DNA of 40,158 nucleotides, from positions 1-40,158 of the forward strand of contig JBJONS010000191.1 of NCBI GenBank assembly GCA_046051725.1. The letters run 5' to 3'. Source of the DNA: Pseudomonadota bacterium (lineage in GTDB: Bacteria > Myxococcota_A > UBA796 > UBA2385). The number at the start of each line of letters is the position of its first letter. Within the stretch, counting starts at the first letter, position 1. The position numbers were made by a program, and so were the translations under genes. Below, piece by piece: positions 19,807 through 28,483 of this stretch. The notes below the pieces were generated by a model, which saw only the letters and a list, made by a program, of their open reading frames with translations, had not been told where the DNA came from and made no database searches.

Positions 19807-21684
19807 TCAGGGCCGTGGTCCTTCCTCCTGCTGGGCCGCCGCCTGGTCCTTGCGCTCCGCGTGGACGGCCCCGCTCCGCAGCACGGGCCAGGCCCCGGTG
19901 AGCTCGTGTCGTCCCCGCAGGACGATGAGGCGAGGCTCGCCCAGCGGGATGCTCCCCGACAGCAGCTCGGCGGTCCGTGGGCCGACCAAGATCTCGTCGA
20001 CGTTCGCGCTCGACTGGATGCGCTGGGCGACGTTCACCGCGTCGCCGATGACCGTGTAGTCGCGGCGATAGTCCTGGCTGCCCACGTCCCCCACGACCAC
20101 ATCACCGCTGTTGATCCCCACGCGCAGGTGCAGGTCGTGCCCCAGCCGACCCCGCAGCGCCGGGAGCACCTCGTCGAGCAGCTCGAGCGCGCCCCGCACC
20201 GCGCCAGCCGCGCCGGTGCTCTCGCCGTCAAAAATCGCGAGGATGCAGTCCCCGATGAACTTGTCGATCGACGCCCCGTGGCGCACCAGGGCCGGCACCG
20301 TGGCGTCAAAGAACGCGTTGAGGATGCCGACCACCTCTTCGGCGGGTCGCCGCTCACACAGGCTCGTAAAACCCACCAGATCGGCGAAGAGGATGGTGCG
20401 CCGCCGCGTGGTGGGCGTCCGCAGCCCGCAGCCCGACTCCATCCACTGCTCCATCGCCGAGAGCGCCTCACCGGACAGGTAGCGCCGCAACAGCTGGCGC
20501 TGCCGCTCGATCTGCGAGGCGGCGAGCAGGCGCTCGACCTCGGCGAGCAGCCGATCCGGGTTGTAGGGCCGCGCGACGAAGCCCACCAGCGCACCGAGGC
20601 CAGCGCCCGTCACGTCCGTCGCCACGCCAGAGGCCGCGTCGCCCACGACCACCACCGGGATGGCGGCGTGGGCCCGCAGCGCCTCGAGCCCTCCCGCCGC
20701 CCCATCGGCGCGCAGCGCGTCCTGATCGACGACCAGCAGCTGCGCCCCACCGAGGCCGGACTCCGCGGGCCCCGCCCCAGCGAGGGTGGCCCGATGCGCG
20801 GTGCGGAAGCCCTGGGCGACCAGGGCCGCGCGCAGCCCGCGGGCCCGTGCGGGCACCGGATCGATGATCAGCGTGCCCTCGGGGCGCAACAGCCGCCGCG
20901 GCGAGGCGAGGCGGGCGGCGCGAGAGACCACCTCAGCCGGCACCGCCGGCTTGGTCAGGTAGTCATCGGCCCCGACCGCGTAGCCGCGGGTGATCGCGCC
21001 GAGGCTGCCGTGGCTGGTGAGCAGCATCACCGGCAGACCGCCCCACAGAGGGCTGTCCCGCAGCGCCGCGCAGAGCTCAAAACCATCGATGTGGGGCATC
21101 TCCACGTCGCTGATCACGACGTCGACCGGCGGCAGCTGCGGCAGCACGGCCAGCGCCTCGGCGCCGTCACCGGCCTCGCTCACCAGCCAGCCGTGCTCGA
21201 CCAAGGCCTTGCAGACCCAGGCGCGGTGGGCGCGGGAGTCATCGACCACCAGCGCGTGCCGCGGCGCACGCAGGCTCTGGACGACCACCCGCGCGATCTG
21301 CTCAGGCGGACAGGGCAGCGGGAGCAGCGCGTGCACGTTGGTGCCGCGCAGGTCGATCGAGGGCTCGGCGGTGGCCAGCACGTAGCGGCATCCCCGCATG
21401 CGGGGATCGGCGCGGAGCGCGTGAATCAGGCCCTTTCCGTCGTAGACGGCCAAGGTTCGGCGGACGATGACGGCGACCGGCAGCTGGTCGGCGATCCGGT
21501 CGACCAGGTCGGGGGTGCTCGCGCTGAGCGCAGACGCACGCAGGCCCCGGGCGGCGCAGACCTGCACGGTGAGGGACTCCAGCACCTCAGAGTCGAGGAC
21601 GGCGACGACGCGCTCGCCCTCCCCAGGGCTCTTCCCGCCGGGCAACGGGAGGAGGTCAGCGGGTCGCGGAGGAGAGCTGGTCAT
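19807..21684 (-). CDS. Class III adenylate/guanylate cyclase with one canonical and two degenerate receiver domains
   Basis: C-terminal cyclase core: TILFADLVGFTSL...IDKFIGDCILAIFDG...LRVGINSGDVVVGDVGS...YTVIGDAVNVAQRI. Central canonical REC: LVVDDS...VVISDVEMPHIDG...LLTSHG...YLTKP. The flanking REC-like segments lack the acidic pocket or phospho-acceptor pattern. Start is uncertain: ATG at 21684 (MTSSPP) or at 21744. Confidence 0.85.
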   Translation of the reverse strand: MTSSPPRPADLLPLPGGKSPGEGERVVAVLDSEVLESLTVQVCAARGLRASALSASTPDLVDRIADQLPVAVIVRRTLAVYDGKGLIHALRADPRMRGCRYVLATAEPSIDLRGTNVHALLPLPCPPEQIARVVVQSLRAPRHALVVDDSRAHRAWVCKALVEHGWLVSEAGDGAEALAVLPQLPPVDVVISDVEMPHIDGFELCAALRDSPLWGGLPVMLLTSHGSLGAITRGYAVGADDYLTKPAVPAEVVSRAARLASPRRLLRPEGTLIIDPVPARARGLRAALVAQGFRTAHRATLAGAGPAESGLGGAQLLVVDQDALRADGAAGGLEALRAHAAIPVVVVGDAASGVATDVTGAGLGALVGFVARPYNPDRLLAEVERLLAASQIERQRQLLRRYLSGEALSAMEQWMESGCGLRTPTTRRRTILFADLVGFTSLCERRPAEEVVGILNAFFDATVPALVRHGASIDKFIGDCILAIFDGESTGAAGAVRGALELLDEVLPALRGRLGHDLHLRVGINSGDVVVGDVGSQDYRRDYTVIGDAVNVAQRIQSSANVDEILVGPRTAELLSGSIPLGEPRLIVLRGRHELTGAWPVLRSGAVHAERKDQAAAQQEEGPRP

Positions 21685-22014
21685 GGGGGCCTGGAGGGGG
21701 GGGCGGTCCGCTGCGCAGGGGTGCGCACGGAGAGGGCGCTTCACCGCTCTTCCGGCGGAGCATCGGCCGCCGGGCGGCCGAGCTGCATCCGGGCTCCACC
21801 GGAGGAGGGTCTCTTCCCGGCGCGGACACGCGCAGCTCCGCGACCGCCCTGCGCACCCCCTCCCACCCTACGGGCTAGTCCGCACATCGCTGGCACCTGG
21901 ACGTTGATCTCCCACCACGACCACGTACTCCGCCCAGTGGACACCCCAAAGGGAGGGGAGCGGGGTTTAGCCTCTGCCACGGCCGCGCCGCCAGGACCCC
22001 CACAGGAGCCCATC

Positions 22015-22560
22015 GTGAAGACAACCACCGAACAGAACCCCGATGCGGTCTTCGAGTTTGACCGGAACACCATCCTCGTCTCCAAGACGGACACCCGTGG
22101 GGTGATCTGGTACGCGAATCCGGCGTTCTGCGCGGCCGCCAACTACTCGGCCGCCGAGCTCGTGGGGCAACCCCACCGCATGGTCCGCCACCCCAGCATG
22201 CCGCGCACTGCGTTCTCCCTGATGTGGGAGCACCTGCAGGCGGGCGAGGAGTTCTTCGCCATCGTGGTCAACGCCCGCGCCGGCGGCGGCTGCTACTGGG
22301 TCCTCGCCCACGTCGTCCCCGACGTCAACCCCGAGACGGGCGACATCATCGGCTTCCACAGCTCGCGGCGCTGGATCTCTCCCGCCGCGCGCCGGGCCGC
22401 CGCCGAGGTCTACGCCGAGCTGCTCGACGCCGAGCGCGCCGTGACCAGCAAGGCCAAGGCGGTCGCCGCCGGTCGGGCGCGCCTCGACGCGATCCTCGCC
22501 GAGGCCGGCATGTCCTACGAGCAGTGGGTGATGTCCCTCGCCCTCGACGAGCGGGCCTGA
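22015..22560 (+). CDS. Stand-alone Aer-type PAS sensor protein (181 aa)
   Basis: ILVSKTDTRGVIWYANPAFCAAANYSAAELVGQPHRMVRHPSMPRTAFSLMWEHLQAGEEFFAIVVNARAGGGCYWVLAHVVP closely follows the FAD-binding PAS of aerotaxis receptors (TD.KG.I.YAN..F...GY...EL.GQPHN.VRHPDMP..AF.DMW..L..G). AGGAG lies 6 nt before the GTG at 22015. Only the last part of the 899-aa ORF 19861..22560 is real. Confidence 0.8.
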   Translation: MKTTTEQNPDAVFEFDRNTILVSKTDTRGVIWYANPAFCAAANYSAAELVGQPHRMVRHPSMPRTAFSLMWEHLQAGEEFFAIVVNARAGGGCYWVLAHVVPDVNPETGDIIGFHSSRRWISPAARRAAAEVYAELLDAERAVTSKAKAVAAGRARLDAILAEAGMSYEQWVMSLALDERA

Positions 22561-22563
22561 GCC

Positions 22564-23850
22564 ATGGCCCGTCCCCCGCGGCGCGACGCGCCGCCGCGCA
22601 CTGACACCGCCCTTGAGCCGGAGCCTGCCGTGACCACCGCCCCCTCCACCCCCGCCTCCGGCTTCCAGCCGGAGACCGCCGCGCGCCTCGCCGCGCTCCT
22701 CCACAACGCCTCGGTGGGCGTGCTCAGCGGCCGCATCACGGACGTCGGGCCGGAAGACCCGCTGGCCGAGGTCGTCGAGGCCGCCAACGACCTGCTGGAC
22801 CGGGTCGAGACCGGCAACCGCGAGGTGCTCGGGGCCATGGGGGCCGCCCTCGAGGGGCGCTACCACCGGCGGTACGTCCGCCGCGGCATGAACGGGTCCT
22901 TCGCGACCATCGCGACGGTGGTCTCGAGCGCGCTCGAGAGCCTGGCCCAGCAAGAGAGGGTGATCGTGGGGGCGCGGTCCAGCATCTCTGGCCTCGCCCA
23001 GCAGCTGCGGGTCGAGGTCGGCGCCCGGACCCAGGCCCTCGCCGCGTCGAGCGAGGAGCTGTCTCGCACCTCGGTGGGCGTCGTGACCGCGTCACGCACC
23101 TGCTCGGCCATGTCCGACGCGGGGGTCAAGACCGCGCGGGAGGCCCTGTCCGGCTCCGAGCAGATCGCCGCGGCCACCGAAGAGCTCGCCGCCTCGATCC
23201 GCGAGATCGGCAACCAGAGCCACCAGAGCAAGGTCGTGTCCGAGCGCGCCGTGCAAGAGGTCCTGCGGGCCCAGCAGGTGATGGCCGACGTGACCACCGC
23301 GGCCGCCGCGGTGAACTCGATCATCGGGGTCATCTCTGAGATCGCCCGGCAGACCAACCTGCTCGCGCTCAACGCGGCCATCGAGGCGGCGCGCGCCGGC
23401 GACGCGGGGCGGGGCTTCGGGGTGGTCGCCGCCGAGGTCAAAGAGCTCGCCAGCCAGACCCGCGACAGCACCCAGGACATCTCGGTCCGCATCGCCGGGG
23501 TCGGCGAGGCGGTCACCCGCGGCAGCCGCGCGGTGGAGGACATCAGCGCGGCCCTCGAACAGCTGGTCGCGTTCGTGAACAACATCTCCAGCGCCATCTA
23601 CGAGCAGGACACCGTCACGACCGAGATCGCGAACGGCGCTGCACGGGGGGTGTCCTTCGCTCGAAACGTGGTGGACACCTTCAACACCATCGACCAAGCG
23701 GTGTCGGCGCTCGATGAATCTGCCCGTCACCTCGATGGTGTCTCCGAGAGTGTCAGCGCGCGGGTCGTCGAGGTCGACGGCCGTGTGCGCGACACCATTG
23801 AGAAGATTGAAGACAACGTCAAGGCGATCGAGACCGGCGCCCGGAGCTGA
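22564..23850 (+). CDS. Soluble methyl-accepting chemotaxis protein (HAMP-like + MCP signalling domain, no TM segments)
   Basis: Highly conserved hairpin tip: [51 protein letters not shown]-like [27 protein letters not shown]. No hydrophobic segment. Starts 4 nt after the PAS gene stop. Confidence 0.9.
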   Translation: MARPPRRDAPPRTDTALEPEPAVTTAPSTPASGFQPETAARLAALLHNASVGVLSGRITDVGPEDPLAEVVEAANDLLDRVETGNREVLGAMGAALEGRYHRRYVRRGMNGSFATIATVVSSALESLAQQERVIVGARSSISGLAQQLRVEVGARTQALAASSEELSRTSVGVVTASRTCSAMSDAGVKTAREALSGSEQIAAATEELAASIREIGNQSHQSKVVSERAVQEVLRAQQVMADVTTAAAAVNSIIGVISEIARQTNLLALNAAIEAARAGDAGRGFGVVAAEVKELASQTRDSTQDISVRIAGVGEAVTRGSRAVEDISAALEQLVAFVNNISSAIYEQDTVTTEIANGAARGVSFARNVVDTFNTIDQAVSALDESARHLDGVSESVSARVVEVDGRVRDTIEKIEDNVKAIETGARS

Positions 23851-23906
23851 CCCCGCCGGCCCCGGCCGCGGCCCTCCTCCGCCCCACCGCCCCGCAGCGA
23901 GCGACC

Positions 23907-26267
23907 ATGTACGACTCCAGCCTCGATGACGACCTGCTCGCGGAATTTCGCGCCGAGAGCCTCGAGCATCTCCGGGCGCTCGAGGAGGGCCTGCTCCGCC
24001 TCGAGGAGGTGGGCGACGACTCCGAAGCGATCGGCGCCGCGTTCCGCGCCGCCCACAGCCTCAAGGGCGGCGCGGGCTTCATGGGACGCCCCGACATCGA
24101 GCGCCTGACCCACGCGGCCGAGGACCTGCTCGATCTCGTGCGCCAAGGCGAGGCCAAGCTCGACCGCCGCTCGACCGGCGCGCTGCTCGCCGCCGCCGAC
24201 CGGCTGCGCGGCCTGCTTGAGGAGGCGCCCGCCGGCCTCGACGACCCGAGCCTCAACCGCGCCGTCGACGCGCTGCGCGCCGAGCTGGTGCGGGCCCAGG
24301 CCCCCGCCGCCGGGGGGCTCGCCGAGGTCTTCACGCCCCCCGCGCCGCCGCCGCGCGGCCCCCGCGCCCCGGATGAGCCCCACACCGCCGACCTCTTCCC
24401 CTGGGCCCGGCCGGCCGAGGCGCCGAGCGGCGGCGCGCCGGCGCCCTCCGAGGACGTCACTGGCCGCATCGCCCCGATCACCCAGCGCCCGGCCCCCGGC
24501 GGCGCGGCGCGGCGGCGCGAGGCCACCCTGTCCTCCCTGCTGAGCCTGTCGATGGGAGACCCCCCGGCGGGCGCCGCGCCCCCGGCGCCTGCCCCGCCCA
24601 AAGCCGCGGCCCCGCCCCCGGCCGAGGCCCCCTCCCCTGTCGCCGGCCCCGCGCCGGCGCAGCCCGAGGGCGGCGCCCGCAGCGCCGACACGACGATCCG
24701 GGTCGACGTCTCGCTGCTCGACGAGCTGCTGAACCTCGTCGGTGAGCTCGTGATCGCCCGCAACCGCATGGGACGGGCGCTGCAGGGCCCGCCGGCCGGG
24801 CAGGTGACCGCGTTTAAGCGCATCGACCAGCTCACCTCCGACTTGCAAGCGCGGGCCACCAAGACCCGCATGCGGCCCATCTCCGCGGCCTGGGCGAGCC
24901 TTCCCCGCACGCTGCGCGATCTGTGCGCAGAGACCGGCAAAGAGGTCCGCCTCGAGCTGTCTGGCCAAGAGACCGAGCTCGACCGCAGCCTGCTCGAGGC
25001 GATCAAGGACCCGCTGCTCCACATCGTCCGCAACGCTGTAGACCACGGCATCGAGAGCCCCGAGGTCCGCCGGGCCGCCGGGAAGGCCCCCGCCGGCCTG
25101 CTGCGGCTGCGGGCCCGCCAGAGCGGAGGCATGGTCCTCATCGAGGCCACCGACGACGGCAAGGGCATGTCTCCCGATGCCATCCGAGACAGCGCGGTCC
25201 GAAAGGGCCTCCTCACCGAGGCCGAGGCGCGGGCCCTCTCGCCCGCCGAAGCCCTCGACCTCATCTTCCGCCCGGGCTTCTCGACCGCCGCCGCGGTGAC
25301 CCGGCTGTCGGGCCGCGGCGTCGGGATGGACGTCGTGCGGACCCAGGTGCGGCAGGTCGGCGGCACCGTCGAGCTGCAGAGCGCGCCGGGCGAGGGCACC
25401 ACGGTGCGCCTGCGGCTGCCGCTGACCCTGGCGATCGTGCCCGCCCTGGTCGTCGAGGCGGGCGGCGCGTCCTTCTGCATCCCCCAAGGCAACCTCGTCG
25501 AGATCGTCGACACGGTGCGGCTCGACCCCAAGCGGGTCTCGGTGGTCGCCGGCGCGCTCCTCCTGCGGCTGCGCGACCGGGTCCTCCCCCTGCTGCGCCT
25601 CGACGAGGCCCTCGGGCTCCGGCCGGCCGGCGGGGCCTCCCCCCTGGCGCTGCAGGGCGCGGTCGTGGTCTGCGAAGCCGAGGGCGCGACCTTCGGCCTC
25701 GTGGTCGACGCGCTCCACGACACCGAAGAGATCGTGGTGAAGCCGCTGTCGCCCGAGCTCAAGGGGCAGGGCTGCTGGGCCGGCGCGACGGTGCGCGGCG
25801 ACGGCAGCCTCACCCTGATCTTGGACCTCGCCGGGCTCGCCCGCGCCGGCCGGGTCATGCAGCCGAGCGCCGTGGCCGTGGCTGCGCCCGCCGCCGAGGT
25901 TGAGAGCCTGCTGCGGGTGCGGGTCGAGGGCGTGGGCTTCGCGCTGCTTCCCCTGGCCTCGGTGCTGCGGTGCGCCGATCTGGTCGACATCGAGCTGATG
26001 GAGCAGGCCGACGAGCGGCTGCTGCTCCACGCGGGGCGGCTCGTGCCCCTGCGCCCGCTCGGCCGCGATGTGCGGGCCGCCGTGATCTGCGCAAGGGACG
26101 GCCGCCTCATCGCGGTGGGGGTCTCGGACGTCGTCGAGGTGGTGCGCGAGCACCTCGAGCTCACGCCGGGCGTGGGCCCCCGCTGGTCGCGCGGGAGCGC
26201 GGTGGTCCGCGCGGCGCCGGCGGCGGTCATCGACCTGGACCTGATCTTCGATGGGGGTGCCGCTTGA
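23907..26267 (+). CDS. cheA: Chemotaxis histidine kinase CheA (Hpt, Pro/Ala-rich linker in place of P2, dimerisation, HATPase, CheW-like domain(s))
   Basis: P1: AFRAAHSLKGGAGFMG. P3: TIRVDVSLLDELLNLVGELVIARN. P4: HIVRNAVDHGIE, DDGKGM, SGRGVGMDVV. P5: VVEAGGASFCIPQGNLVEIV...LTLILDL. A further ~130-aa CheW-like segment follows at the C-terminus. Confidence 0.92.
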   Translation: MYDSSLDDDLLAEFRAESLEHLRALEEGLLRLEEVGDDSEAIGAAFRAAHSLKGGAGFMGRPDIERLTHAAEDLLDLVRQGEAKLDRRSTGALLAAADRLRGLLEEAPAGLDDPSLNRAVDALRAELVRAQAPAAGGLAEVFTPPAPPPRGPRAPDEPHTADLFPWARPAEAPSGGAPAPSEDVTGRIAPITQRPAPGGAARRREATLSSLLSLSMGDPPAGAAPPAPAPPKAAAPPPAEAPSPVAGPAPAQPEGGARSADTTIRVDVSLLDELLNLVGELVIARNRMGRALQGPPAGQVTAFKRIDQLTSDLQARATKTRMRPISAAWASLPRTLRDLCAETGKEVRLELSGQETELDRSLLEAIKDPLLHIVRNAVDHGIESPEVRRAAGKAPAGLLRLRARQSGGMVLIEATDDGKGMSPDAIRDSAVRKGLLTEAEARALSPAEALDLIFRPGFSTAAAVTRLSGRGVGMDVVRTQVRQVGGTVELQSAPGEGTTVRLRLPLTLAIVPALVVEAGGASFCIPQGNLVEIVDTVRLDPKRVSVVAGALLLRLRDRVLPLLRLDEALGLRPAGGASPLALQGAVVVCEAEGATFGLVVDALHDTEEIVVKPLSPELKGQGCWAGATVRGDGSLTLILDLAGLARAGRVMQPSAVAVAAPAAEVESLLRVRVEGVGFALLPLASVLRCADLVDIELMEQADERLLLHAGRLVPLRPLGRDVRAAVICARDGRLIAVGVSDVVEVVREHLELTPGVGPRWSRGSAVVRAAPAAVIDLDLIFDGGAA

Positions 26268-26767
26268 GCGCACCGTCAGTCATCGCCCGGATCGGCGACA
26301 CCACCCTCGCCTTCGCCCTCGCCGAGGTGCGCGAGGTGCTGCTCGACGTCGACGTCCGCCCGGTGCCCCTGGCCCCGCCGGTCATCGCCGGCCTCGTCAA
26401 CCTGCGCGGCGAGGTGCTCACCGCGGTGGACGGGCCGCTGCTGCTCGGCCTGCGCCCGTCGCCGCCGCCCGGCGGCCCGGCGCAGGTGGTGCTGCGCGGC
26501 CCCGGGGCCGGCCGCAGCCTGATCGTCGACGAGGTGCTCGCCGTGCGCCCGATCGACGACGCGCCGACGCAGGCGCCGCCCCCGAACCTGAACCCCGCGC
26601 TGGTCGAGGTCGCCTCCTCGTTGGTGCTGCTCGGCGACCAGCTCACCGTGCGCATCGACGGCCGCGCGCTCATCGCGCGCCTGCTCGCCGCCGTCGCCCC
26701 GCCGGCCACCGCCGCGGGCGGCCCCCATCCCACCACCGCCCAAGACGCCGCTCTGGAGCGCCGATGA
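26264..26767 (+). CDS. cheW: CheW-like coupling protein
   Basis: IARIGDTTLAFALAEVREVLLDVDVRPVPLAPPVIAGLVNLRGEVLTAVD is the CheW core pattern (f.l....yai....V.ei......pvP.ap..v.G..NlRG.v). The only in-frame start candidate I found adjacent to this domain is the TTG at 26264, which overlaps the cheA stop. The upstream part of ORF 25970..26767 overlaps cheA out of frame. Confidence 0.75.
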   Translation: MSAPSVIARIGDTTLAFALAEVREVLLDVDVRPVPLAPPVIAGLVNLRGEVLTAVDGPLLLGLRPSPPPGGPAQVVLRGPGAGRSLIVDEVLAVRPIDDAPTQAPPPNLNPALVEVASSLVLLGDQLTVRIDGRALIARLLAAVAPPATAAGGPHPTTAQDAALERR

Positions 26768-27165
26768 GCCTCAACGCCCTTGTGATCGATGACTCCCGCG
26801 CCACGCGGCTGATGCTCGGCCGCGCCCTGCGCGCGCTGGGCTTCGAGGTCGACGAGCGCGGCGACGCGGCCGAGGCGCTTGAGCTGCTGCAGGGGCAGGC
26901 CGCGGGCGGCGGTGTGCAGGTCGACCTGGCCCTGGTCGACCGCAACATGCCGGGCATGGACGGCCTCAGCTTCGCGCGTGCGGTCCGCGCCGCGCCGGCG
27001 CTGCGCGAGCTCTGCCTGCTGATGGTGAGCAGCGAGACGAACCCGGTCCGCGTGATGGAGGCCATCGAGGCGGGCTTCGACGAGTACCTCATGAAGCCGG
27101 TCTCGGCCGAGGCGCTGCGCGAGCGCCTGGTGATGCTCGGCTTCGGCGACGGGAGCGCGGCATGA
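26764..27165 (+). CDS. cheY: CheY-like single-domain response regulator
   Basis: ATGA overlap with cheW. LVIDDSRATR...LALVDRNMPGMDG...LMVSSE...YLMKP carries all the receiver active-site residues. Only the last 133 codons of ORF 26251..27165 are used. Confidence 0.88.
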   Translation: MSLNALVIDDSRATRLMLGRALRALGFEVDERGDAAEALELLQGQAAGGGVQVDLALVDRNMPGMDGLSFARAVRAAPALRELCLLMVSSETNPVRVMEAIEAGFDEYLMKPVSAEALRERLVMLGFGDGSAA

Positions 27166-28007
27166 TCGCGCCTCCCGGCCGCCCCCCACCAGACCCGAGC
27201 CAGGCGGTCGCGTCGCTGCTCAAGCGCCGCACGGGTGTCCAGATCGCGCCCGGTCGGGAAGACCTCATCCAGTCGCGCCTCGCCCCGCTGCTGCGCCAAG
27301 AGGGCCTCACCGATCTGGGGCAGCTCGTGGCCGCCCTGGAGCGCGCCGAGGCGGCCGAGCGCGCGCGCGGGCCGACCTTGATCGACCAGGTCGTGGACCT
27401 GCTGACCACCCATGAGACGAGCTTCTTCCGCGACCCGCCGGTCTTTCAGTGGCTGCGGCAGCGGGCGATCCCCCGCATGCTCGCCGGCAGAGACCCGCGC
27501 CAGCCGCTGCGGGTCTGGTCGGCGGCCTGCAGCACCGGTCAGGAGGCGCTGAGCGTGGCGATGTCGGTCCTCGAGGACCACCCTGGACAAGCGCTTGAGG
27601 TGGTCGGCACGGACATCAGCGCGCTGACCGTCGCCGAAGCCACCGCAGCGACATACGCGGTGCTGGCGGTCAACCGGGGGCTGCCCGCCCGCGCGCTGCT
27701 GCGCTGGTTTGAGCGCGACGGCGCGGGCTGGCGCGCCACCCCACCCCTCCGGGCGGTCACCCGCTTCGCCGTGGGCAACTTGGTCACCGATCGCCCGCCC
27801 GGGTCAGGCTTCGACATCGTCCTGCTCCGCAACGTGCTCATCTACTTTGACGACGCGGACCGTCAGCGCGCCCTCGACGCGGTCGCGACGGCGCTCCGCC
27901 CTGGCGGCCTGCTGATCCTGGGGACCGCCGAGGGGCTGATGCCGATCAATGGCGCCGTCCTGCGCGCCGAGCGAGAAGACATGATCGGCTACCGCGTGCG
28001 CGTGTGA
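27162..28007 (+). CDS. cheR: Chemotaxis protein methyltransferase CheR
   Basis: ATGA overlap with cheY. ETSFFRDPPVF, LRVWSAACSTGQEALSVAM (SAM-binding), FDIVLLRNVLIYFD and GGLLILG. Confidence 0.88.
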   Translation: MIAPPGRPPPDPSQAVASLLKRRTGVQIAPGREDLIQSRLAPLLRQEGLTDLGQLVAALERAEAAERARGPTLIDQVVDLLTTHETSFFRDPPVFQWLRQRAIPRMLAGRDPRQPLRVWSAACSTGQEALSVAMSVLEDHPGQALEVVGTDISALTVAEATAATYAVLAVNRGLPARALLRWFERDGAGWRATPPLRAVTRFAVGNLVTDRPPGSGFDIVLLRNVLIYFDDADRQRALDAVATALRPGGLLILGTAEGLMPINGAVLRAEREDMIGYRVRV

Positions 28008-28483
28008 CCGGGGAGGAGACGGACATGATCATCACGCTCAACCGAGCGCTCAGCGGCGCGCTGGACGCCTTCCTGCTCAGCCTCGGCGTCGAGCTCCCGC
28101 TCGGCGTCGCCGGCGCGGCGCGCGGGGGCCCGACCCTGCCCGGCACCTGGGTGCGCCTGCCCTTCGCCCACCACGAGCTGCACCGCGACGGCTCGACCGC
28201 GCTGGCGGTCGGGCTCAGCCCCAGCGCGACCGTCCGCCTGACCGAGGCGATGACCGGGATCCGCGCCGCGCAGCAAGACGCCGAGCTGCAGGGCGACACC
28301 GTGTCCGAGCTCGCCAACATCCTCGCCGGCAACGTCCAGCCGCTGGTCCCCGGGACGATCGGGCTGCGCCTGCCGGCGAAGATCGACGCAGATCAGGCAG
28401 CCAACGGCGCGGGCCTGCGGTTCGACTGCGGGCGCGACGGGGTGATCGAGGTGCGCGTGCTGGGGGACCTCGCCGCCGCATGA
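28004..28483 (+). CDS. CheX/CheC-like protein (putative CheY-P phosphatase)
   Basis: GTGA overlap with cheR and ATGA overlap with cheB. About 159 aa. GDTVSELANILAGNV resembles the CheC/CheX/FliY D/S-x3-E-x2-N motif region. Assignment rests on size, context and this one motif. Confidence 0.55.
   Translation: MTGEETDMIITLNRALSGALDAFLLSLGVELPLGVAGAARGGPTLPGTWVRLPFAHHELHRDGSTALAVGLSPSATVRLTEAMTGIRAAQQDAELQGDTVSELANILAGNVQPLVPGTIGLRLPAKIDADQAANGAGLRFDCGRDGVIEVRVLGDLAAA

Noticed and set aside
21891-21907. TGGCAC hexamer upstream of the PAS/che operon as a possible sigma-54 promoter
   Set aside because: The downstream -12 element is wrong. The best TTG(A) lies 2 nt too far from the GG and lacks the GC dinucleotide, so it does not fit TGGCAC-N5-TTGC.
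19861-22014. First ~718 codons of the 899-aa plus-strand ORF 19861..22560
   Set aside because: Antisense to the receiver/cyclase gene and Arg/Gly/Asp/Pro-rich. The Aer-type PAS sequence begins only at the GTG at 22015, which is preceded by AGGAG.
23727-26273. 848-aa and 803-aa minus-strand ORFs (23727..26273 and 23819..26230) opposite cheA
   Set aside because: Two different antisense frames are both open, which is typical of GC-rich shadow frames. cheA on the plus strand has all the Hpt, HATPase and CheW motifs.
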